From positions 187,337 through 251,336 of the forward strand of contig RHPI01001168.1 in the NCBI GenBank assembly GCA_009103225.1: a stretch of 64,000 bases of DNA, in the 5' to 3' direction. The translations under genes were made by a program, and so were the position numbers. The notes beneath the pieces were generated by a model. The model was not told the DNA's origin. It ran no database searches and was given only the letters and a program-made list of their open reading frames with translations. How positions within the stretch are numbered: the stretch's first letter is position 1; every line of letters starts with the position of its first letter. The stretch comes from Chlorokybus atmophyticus (Eukaryota; Plantae; Mesostigma and Chlorokybus algae). Below, piece after piece: positions 11,759 to 20,680 of this stretch.

Positions 11759-14700
11759 TCATAAGCCTTCAAAGCGGCGAGGCATTGCCGGAGACTTGGC
11801 TTGCACTTGGGATGGAGAGTTGGCTTGCAGGCTCAACCACATCCAAGTGTGGAAGGCTCGGCACATGAGACTCCTGCTGTGACTCCTGCGGCCAGCACTG
11901 CTTGCAGCCTTCAACATCTCGGCAGACACTGCAACCTCGGATGTTGCTGCCTGCGTTGTCTTGCCTTGTCTGCCATTGCCTGCTTCCACTCATCAGACAC
12001 GTCGGGGTGGTGATCGATGCATAGGGTCTACTGGACCTCTTCCTTTCCTATGAAGCGTGTAATGCACAAGTCGTGCAATTGCTTGGCACACCCAGCTGCG
12101 CCGCACTTGGTGGGGTACATGCTGTCGAAGTCAACAGTGATATTACAGTCAGGGACAGAACAGCCTTTCACATATTGTGGGCGGCTCCCCGAGGCCACAT
12201 CTGACTTGTAAATTTGCTCATTTGTTTTTTCATCAAGGACATTAGCCTCCTTGGGGCTGTTGGTTGGCAGGTTCACAACGTTGCAAATGATGGGCTTCGC
12301 TTCATTGGGCGAGGGCTCGCCGTCATCGCCGCTTAGATAGTTGAGGTCCAAGAACTTATCCATCAAATTCGCCAGCCGATGCCGCCATGCCTCTGCAGCT
12401 TGCTTGGCCTCTGCAGCAGCATCGTCGTCCTGCTCTGCATCTGAACTCTCCTGCTTGTTGCTGTCGCCTTCATCCTTGTGCTCATCAGCAGCAGGCTCTA
12501 CAGCAGCTTCAGCATCCGGGTCCATAGATGCAGCGTCAGCTGGGGGATCGACCTTTTGCAGCTCGTCGTGCAGCTCCTGCCACTTCTAATCGTCTGCCAT
12601 TTCTTCCAGCGCCTCTACGTAGCCATTCACTGCAAAAACACATGCGGATTATGATACCTCCCGTAACTGCTCCTCGGCAATGCTCACATGTCACAACACA
12701 AGGCGCTTACTTGTCACAGCATTGGCCACTGATTCAGACACCCACTGCTTTACTTTCTTGAATTTGTCGTCACCCCAAGCTTCTTGCGCAGCGTTGTCCT
12801 TGGTCAGCCACTGACCCAGCATCGCAAGGTGCCGAGCGAAGTTGTGGTTGAACCCTGTGAACATTTCACGCACAATCTCCTTAGCAATGGCCGCATGCGT
12901 CTTGACTCGCGGAAGCGGCACAGGCGTCACTGCGGGTTTTCCTGTAAGTGCTGTGTACTCGCTATCCAGTCCGTAGTTGTGCTTCTCCTACGCAAGCAAA
13001 GTGGTCAGCCAAGGAGCTGAGATATGAGAGGTCCATTAACTCAAAGTGCACACTCAAAGCGTGGATGCAGGTGGGATCAGGGTCTACAAGGAATCCGCTG
13101 TACCCTCGCTTTAGGGCATATGTTGCAAAGCCCGCAGCACCAACACCAAGGTCCAAGAAGAACATCTCCCTGGTGTCCTTGCGATAAGGCAAAAAGTCAA
13201 GAGCAAGCCTTCGAGAGAATAGCTGAGCTTGGTTGACCATCTTACTTCCAAACTTCGCCATTTGAGCGGTCCAATAACTCCGCATTCTTTCACTAAGCAA
13301 TGCAATTCTGCGGTCAGCTACTGCCCTGGCGTCGAGCAGAATCTTTAGCGGATCCCGACCCTCATCAACCTTTATCAGCTCCATTCTGGCAACAACCCTG
13401 CTCTTGAGATCTGGATGAGAGGCAAGGTGTTCTCTCAGTTGCGGAATAGTAGGTTAATCGTCGTGATAGCTGGGAAGGCAGAACTTGCGTGGCAAAGCAT
13501 AAACATGCCGGCTACCGACACCGCTCATTCGGGTCCACACTCTTTGATAAAAGCGCTCAAGGTTTGCGTGGTGCAAACCAACATCATTGTCTTCGTCCTT
13601 GAAGCAGGCAACTACCACATGATTGCTGCTGGCCCGAGATGCAAATTACGTGGGAAAAGTAAATTGCTCTACGGAAGACAACACAGTAGCCTCAGTTGCT
13701 ACATCAGGTTGGTGGACCTTGTATATCCTGGAACACAACGACTTACTGCTGCTGGCGTGGTGGTAAGTGGATGTCTCCACAGCAAAGGCATCCTGTCTAA
13801 GAATCTGCACCACGCTGCTAACATGGTCGTCGTCCACGAAGACCATCATATTCCAAAAAGGCAACGGCTTGTTGTGGCCGACCAGGATATCCAACGAGTT
13901 GAAGAAAACACTCGTCAGTGATGCCAAAATCCTCAACGCTGCTGCGATGCTTGACAAACTCAATATCCACGAACATAGTGTAGAGTGACGGCAGAGGTTC
14001 CTCCGATTTGGACAAGCCGTCCAAGAACTGCTGATCAGTGTCCATTCGAAGGACGACACGTTGCCTGACCCTTGGCAGGCGCTTTCTCTTCCAATTCCAC
14101 ATCTTGCGTCTACATGCAACACAGCACAGTCAGTGGCATACACGCACCGCTAATAGACCAACCACATTTGACATTGCTTACTACGTAGATTCCACAGCGC
14201 CTTTAATCTCGGCGGCTGTGTAGACCAGCTTGGAGCCCGTGAGTACTTAAAAAACATCCCGGATGGCGACGGGAAGATCCAAATCTTCAAGTTGTTTGAC
14301 ATCTGTGGGCTGGCCTTGCCCTTTCACCTTGCCTGCCTTTATCGGCTTTTTCTCAACGTCTTTTTTTGACTCTTTCGTCTGTACCTTGGGTCTCGCTGCT
14401 ATCAGCCCTCTCATGAACATGTCATGCTTCTGAGCTCTGAAAAGTGCAAAGACGATCCTGATTGCTGCAAGCATAACAATTGCGTTCAGACACATGGCAG
14501 GCAACTAAGAGAGGTTCAAGATCTTGACCCTCTCAAAGCTGGGTGTTAAGAAAGGTTTAAGAACTTGGAACTCTGCAAGCAAGCAGCTAAGAGTGGTTCA
14601 AGATCTTAAACCAGGTTGAATGTACCCAGGCTTGTTATTCAATGTCTAAAATAAAGCCTTGGCAGCGATAAACCCATAGGATTTGCCTCTTTGGCGCATG

Positions 14701-16980
14701 TCGTCGCAGACGGTGACAAACTCTTTTTTTCTCGAAAAGGACAGCCGGCCGGAGTGCAGAGTCCGGCGGATGATTAACAACGCTGATGATTTGGGGGGGC
14801 TCGAGTTTGGTAAAGTTGTCCAGGAGATTCAGGGAACTGCCCTGCACTGTGTTCGGCTTTCCATCGGCCATAAACAAGTCTTCTTTGCTGTGCAGCACAT
14901 GGAGAAAGCGCTGGTATTCTGGCTTTGAGAGGCTGAGATCCATCGCAATACTGCGGTAGCAATGTAATTAATGGAGATGTAGAAAGCTGTATCGAATGTT
15001 GTGCACTATATACAGATACATTTTCAAAGTCGTACGTGACATGGATGCGCTTGGTTTGGGGGACTTTAGCCACCTCGTCATCCGTTAGAGGCGTCAGGGA
15101 CTCTTGCAAGATAACCATCCATGACCGTGCGCAGTCAAGCCACGCTTCAGCCCCCCTTGTTTTGCGGGTCTGCTCAAAAAACAGCTTAAACGGTTGACCA
15201 TGCTGTTTCTAGATTTCACGCATGGCGTGTATGACCCACCATGGCGTGGACTTTTGTCGCAGCTCATCGTGCAAGTTGTGCAGCCTACTCAGGTTGAGAA
15301 TTTGAAGTCTATCGATGTCGGTCACGACCTGTCACATGTAGAGTTGTTGGTCAGTTATTGAAGGTATCATAGCTTGACAACGACAAAGCAGCCTACCTCA
15401 ATGCTTTGAGACGCCCATTTTTTATCATTTGGATGGTCATGATTCCTGCGCTGATAAATTGTCAGCGAGTAATTCCCGCACAGAATCTCAAACTGCCATC
15501 TTTGCTCGATGGGTCCTGCAGAAACTCGTCTGCTAGCACTTGACGCCATTCTGTGGGTCCAGTCTTTTCGAGCACCAATCCTATCCACCGTTTAATTAAT
15601 TGAGCAGGCCAGCGTTGATCTGGCCCTCCCTCACAAGCTTCAGCCTGGCCTCGGTCACCGGTCTCACGAAATGGCCCGGGCGAGCAAGCATCATCCGATC
15701 AAAGGGAACATTGAACAGGGTGTTTCCTCCAGAGGTTTGAACCAAAGGGGGCAGCTTCAACCGATCTAGCAGGTGAAACATAAGACAAGCAAGCGACCAT
15801 CGAATATCCTCTGGCAATGCACTTAGTGATTATGCCTTGAGTTAATGCACACAGAGTAATGACAAGCAGACCAAAGCCGAATACAATAGCTCACTTTTGT
15901 TACTGGTCTCAATGACAAGTGAGTAGCCTGCAGGTTTGTTATTATCGGATTTATCTGAATCATCTGATGTGGACGTGGAAGGCTTAATTGCCTTGCCCTA
16001 ACTGGGTGACACGCTGTTATCGGGCAGGTCTGCAAAGTACAGCAAGAGTAGTATTAGATTTGTCAAGCCCTTGGCAGTGATGTGGTATGCCACAAGCTAC
16101 CTCGCAGCCATTCGAAGATCAAGTCGTCTGTTGGATCCACAAAATGCTTCAGCACCCTTCAGTTGACACTTGCTGCAAGATCCATTCGAGCGGTCACTGC
16201 CTCAACTTCTTTTTACTTGAAATAGGAACCCTTTGCTTTGAACAAGATCAGAAGTTCGGCTTTTGGCACAATGACGTCATTGTCGTCGTTAATATTGCTG
16301 TAGGGCAACCCGAGACAGTAGATGGACTTTCCAGTTTTGCACAACACTCCAAGTAGGGCGTAGGTAGATGTGTTGGCCTGTGCACGGTAAGCTAAGCCGC
16401 ATTGTGGAACTCAAGTAACCCACGCTTATAAACACAACGCTCACTTTACGCTTTACATTAAGACGATAATCTCCCTGACCCATGTACCGCAACTTCCAAA
16501 CATGTTGGCGCTCAGCTTGACCTCTTGATTTCAAAACTGCAACGCTTGGTACGAGGATGACTTTGATTGAATTTTGCTTTTTAGCCCATGGCAATTCTAG
16601 ATCGCTATCTGTCAATACAAGCTTGTCACGTACTTGTAAACGTCACACACAATTCAGATCAAAGACATCTGCTGCACACCCTTGGTTACTCACATGAGTA
16701 GATGACGGGTTCATCTGCATCACTGCTGACGCTGAAATCTTCTTGGTCTTGCTATTTGTTGTCGCTGGGCTGATCGTCACTGGTGTCTACTTGCTTCCTG
16801 TCCTGCTTGTCATCATCAGAAGAAATCTCAACCGGCTTTTTTAAGCTTTCTGGAACTTTTAGGTGTCTTCTACGGAGGAGTCTTGTCTTGCTTCTTCTTT
16901 GTGGCACTTTTCATCGGCTGCGTGCTTGCAGGCTTTCGTTGCGGTCCCTGACCAGGGCTAACAATTGCCAGAGGTTGTCT
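11759..16980 (-). pseudogene. Decayed multi-exon gene: ParB/Srx-like domain + beta-class N6-adenine/N4-cytosine DNA methyltransferase-like domain + PHD-like Zn finger
   Basis: Intact-looking GT-AG exons with many stops and frameshifts. Motifs: WQFEILCGNYS..LNLSRLHNLHDELRQKS (~15.2-15.5 kb, ParB-like GNH region); SLYTMFVDIEF (~13970, motif IV position); KMVNQAQLFSRRLALDF..EMFFLDLGVGAAGFATYALKRGYSGFLVDPDPTCI (13070-13250, SAM-binding motif I C-terminal to motif IV = beta permutation); CSVPDC..CGAAGCAKQLHDLC..LCIDHH (12000-12170). Confidence 0.65.
14511..14612. repeat. Three copies of the AGATCT-centred palindrome at 41-bp period, inside an intron of the MTase pseudogene
   Basis: gaggttcaagatcttgaccctc (14511), aaggtttaagaacttggaactc (14552), gtggttcaagatcttaaacc (14593). 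Confidence 0.85.
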
Positions 16981-17303
16981 GCAGTTCACAACGTAGTAAG
17001 ATCATACGTGGGAAGCAATTGTACTTTACTTGAAAACTTTAAGAGCAGGAAGCTAAGGGAGGTTTAAATTTTTACTCTATTCCCTTTTCAGCGCTGCGCT
17101 CTATTCCTGTCTCCGCATTCTATTGCACTGCCCTTTACTTACTACCGGTTGCATTGCATGCTGGTAATCAATAGCTGCTGCGCTGGTCTGCATGCAGCAA
17201 ATTTTCGATTGTGGGTAATCTAAGGATGGGTGCATGCGGGGGCTGCATTGCATTGCATTGCATTGCATTTAAACTTTCAAACTTCCAAGAGCAGGCAGCT
17301 AAA

Positions 17304-17492
17304 GAAGGTCTAAGATCTTAAACCTTCCTTAACTTGGAGTAAAGGGAGGTCCAAGATCTTAAACCTCCAAGAACAGGCATCCAGGGGAGGTTTACGATCT
17401 TGCACCTCTAAGTGCCGGCAGCTACGGGAGGTCCAAGATCTTGAACCTCTCTTAACTGTAAGTCAAGGAAGGGTTCAAGATCTCTAACCTCC
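17304..17492. repeat. Five copies of a ~24-bp palindrome (consensus GGAGGTYCAAGATCTTRAACCTCC) at exact 41-bp period
   Basis: Copies start at 17304, 17345, 17386, 17427 and 17468. Spacers alternate between two types (cttaact...agt and aagaacaggcagcta). A partial copy lies near 17058. Confidence 0.9.
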
Positions 17493-18833
17493 AAGAACAG
17501 GCAGCTATGGTTGTTGGCGGAGGCGGCGGTGTTGTTTTCAGCTGGGCGCTAGTGTGTTTCAGTAGATCCCACTGTGTAGAGTGCAGCTAAAGCTTGCAAG
17601 TTGTAATTTGCAAGGTGAAAGACCTGGTGCGGTAGCTGGTAAGTAAGTGCTGGCTTTGGGCGGTGGTATGGGCGGCGATGTGGGGGCCATAGGGGGTGGC
17701 GAGAGCGAGCCAGGTAAGTTGAAGCTTGCTGCTCTACTTGATCGTTAGGACGTTTGTAAGCTAGTTTTAGCGTAAAGCGCTGAACACATGAAGACTTGCG
17801 GTAAGGGTTGCGCTGTCCCAGCGCTCATGCAGGTGGTTTGATCAGCGGCAGCATACATGGCGCCACCTAGCAGGTACAATATCCGTGCGTTATAGTCTGG
17901 TATGCATTGTTTGACAGTTAAAGATTGATCTTGCTATAATGCACACCATACGCTAGTTGCTGCAGCAGTAAATCCTGTGCTGGTAATCAGCAAAACCGCA
18001 AAGCGCAACATATAGAGCTGCATGCACACATCAAGTTGCAGCAAGCAGAGACATTTGCACACACACACATGTTGCTTATGTGATTGTTTCTTGCATGGTA
18101 AGCACGATGTACTGCAGCAGGGGAGCTGCCCCTTGATGTATACACAGTTGGCATGTACTGGCACACACCCATCATTTGTCATGCAACATCCGCATGCAAG
18201 AGCACGCGTACACATATACACAGATGTTGTAACCTCATTACTGTGTAGTTCTTGCAATTGCCTTTGTACTCAAATGGTATTGTCACAACCGCACCTAAAG
18301 CCCTTCAGCGTGAGATGTTGTCGTTCCCAGTCTGCAAGACTGTGGTACTAGCATTCTTGGTCCATTGCTTGTCAGGCAGCATACATGAGATCTTGGACAC
18401 GGATTGACGTTCAAGGACCATGAATGGTCCGTGACGCAGGACCGGGATTTCCCCCTGCTAAATGAAATCGGTAGACCTTGCATGGTCTGTTTTTCATCGA
18501 CAGTCGGACCATTCATGGTCCGAATTTCACGTGAATGGTACCATTGTCCCTTGGTACGCACCACTTAAGGTCCGGCCGATTACTGTTGCGTCAGGACCAG
18601 GTATGGTCCGGCCATCGGACCAGGGACTAAATCATATCATTACAAAACTTCAATCATAACTGGTCCGGCCAGCGGACCATGAACCGAAATTTATTATGGA
18701 CCAATGTAAATATGAGTGCAAATGCAGTAAAAGTTGACACATCTTTGCCGGCGGCACCGGCCACGCCCAACCTGCGGCGCACGAGGCCGCGGCCAGCTCC
18801 GCGGCGTTAGTGGAATGATTAGTCAAGAACACA

Positions 18834-18906
18834 CGCATCGACCGGATTCGAACCCAGCACCTTTAGCATATCAAAGACGACGCCCTAACCACTAAGCTAC
18901 AAGTGC
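18834..18906 (-). pseudogene. tRNA-derived sequence (pseudo-tRNA or SINE-like head) with intact Pol III A and B boxes
   Basis: Minus strand GCACTTGTAGCTTAGTGGTTAGGGCGTCGTCTTTGATATGCTAAAGGTGCTGGGTTCGAATCCGGTCGATGCG is 73 nt, with A box TAGCTTAGTGG and B box GGTTCGAATCC. Anticodon, T and acceptor stems pair poorly. Confidence 0.7.
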
Positions 18907-19904
18907 ACGTACCGGTAGGGTCGCAGGGCAACCTATATCATGTAGTTTATTGCATGCGCCGACAGCCGCTTGGCGACTGTCGGCCGGCGGCAGTAATTGC
19001 CGATGGACAGTCGGAGATTGTGTGTCGCTTTGATAGGCCCACAGGCTGAGCCTATGCAATTGTAGCATCTATAGGCTGTACCAGTTACATGGACGGTGGT
19101 AAACTACATACCGGTAGCCGCGAACTCGGCGGTTGTCAATACGCCAGTACAATTTGTAGACTTGTTAGGGGCTGTCATTGTGACAATGCTTAGTGATAGT
19201 AGCCAAATTGCGACTGTCAATGCAGCCAGTGTACCTTATCGGGCTGTCGATGATTCTGTGGTCGCATGAGGCTTTTATATGCCATTGATGAGGTTATACC
19301 AGTAAGGCTATAAGTCATAACATCTGACATTGCTTGCGCTTTCGTTTTATACAAAATATTAACACCAATCATACCATAAACTGCGCTTAGCAATGCAACA
19401 TGCGAACAGCATCAACATATGTATTCATGGTATGATGTTAACGGTTGTGAACATTATGATAATGTAATAACCAACGAATTATATTTAATGCAATTAACAC
19501 GCGCAATGCATGGATGTAAATTTGATATAGTTATTATTTTAGACTATGTAATTGTACAGTAGTCATAACACTTTGTACAATCATATTTTTATACATTATT
19601 TAAGATGTATATAATTTTGCATATGAAAGGTCTAATGCACATGTGTACGCGCATCAATATACTTACAACAATGTATGTACATGAAATGATAGATATGAAG
19701 TAATTGCACGGCTGCAAATTGCGGCCGCAATACGTCAACAATTTCTGCTTGTATACCTTAAGCCTATTCCTACATGCACACACACACACGTATATTTGTC
19801 AACATATATATACATATGCATGTATACATATATATATAGGTGTGTATATATACACATATATTTATATGTATACACATATCCATTTATACATATATAGGCC
19901 ACAA

Positions 19905-20005
19905 GTGGACAGCCGCAACTGGTCGGCGGCTGTCAAGTTAAAATGTACATGGACAGCCGGCTGTCAATATACATTGACAGCCGCCGACCATTTGCGACTG
20001 TCCAC
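19905..20005. repeat. ~100-bp near-perfect palindrome (GACAGCC/GGCTGTC family)
   Basis: 32-bp outer arms (19905-19936 vs 19974-20005) are 30/32 complementary, around a perfect central gacagccggctgtc (19952-19965). The same motif recurs at 18960-19260. Confidence 0.85.
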
Positions 20006-20465
20006 TTTATGGTAAGCGGCGACAGTCGGTGCGGCCTGTCATTTATTAAATGATACACACAATGTACCTATGTACTCGTACATGCAATAACGATACTTCA
20101 GTCATGGTACACGTGTAGCGCGCCCTGCAGGGCCGCCAACCAGCAACATTGCTGGTCCATGCCGCCCCATACATGGTGCGGCACGGACCATGTACGGTGC
20201 GCGGCTGCCGGGCCGCTGAGCCGCGGGCCCACTCCTGGTCCGCATCCAGGAACCAGCGTAGAGTACTGGTCCGTGCCGCACCATACAAGGTGCGGCACGG
20301 ACCATATGTGGTGCGCGACTGCGCGCCAGGTGTTGGGGCCCCACAAGAACCATGGACGGTCCGTCCCTCGCGGACCAGACACTCGTGGTCCGCGGGGACG
20401 GACCATGTATGGCCCGCGGGGTCCGTGGAAGGTCCATGCATGGTCCCCGAACGTCAATCCGTGTG

Positions 20466-20680
20466 GGAGGTCTATTAACTTCAGCCGTTGTGCGTTCTTG
20501 GACCTTCAAGATCTCAGGTCATAAATGCCTCGATGCCTGAGATCTTGGAGGTCCATTAACCTCACTCGTTGTGTGTTACTAGACCTTCAAGATCTCAGGT
20601 CGTCAATCCCTCGATGCCCGAGATCTTGGAGGTCCATTAACCTCACTCGTGTGTTACTGGACCTTCAAGGTCTCAGGTCG
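20466..20680. repeat. ~81-bp tandem repeat (about 2.7 copies), each with two inverted AGATCT-containing motifs
   Basis: gaccttcaagatctcaggtc at 20501 and 20582, variant at ~20660; cc(t/c)gagatcttggaggtccattaacctc at ~20536 and ~20617. Confidence 0.85.

Larger units (their letters stand above)
18397..20464. mobile_element. Nested ~2.07-kb non-autonomous TIR element with GGACC(N4-6)GGTCC subterminal repeats
   Basis: Left acacggattgacgttcaaggaccatgaatggtcc; reverse complement of right acacggattgacgttcggggaccatgcatggacc (30/34). GGACCA/TGGTCC clusters lie at 18415-18700 and 20150-20450. Joining the flanks (gagatcttgg | aggtctattaac) restores a unit of the 81-bp repeat at 20466-20680. Confidence 0.75.

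Noticed and set aside
17304-17492. CRISPR array (palindromic repeats at constant pitch)
   Set aside because: Spacers are only ~17 bp and recur as two types, repeats are degenerate, no cas genes are present and the context is eukaryotic.
18834-18906. Functional tRNA-Ser(UGA) or tRNA-Ile
   Set aside because: Anticodon stem (TCGTC/TGCTA), T stem and acceptor stem do not pair, and it sits inside nested repeats.
20046-20524. Overlapping 110-135-aa ORFs on both strands
   Set aside because: They result from GC-rich GGACC/GGTCC subterminal repeats that lack stop codons.
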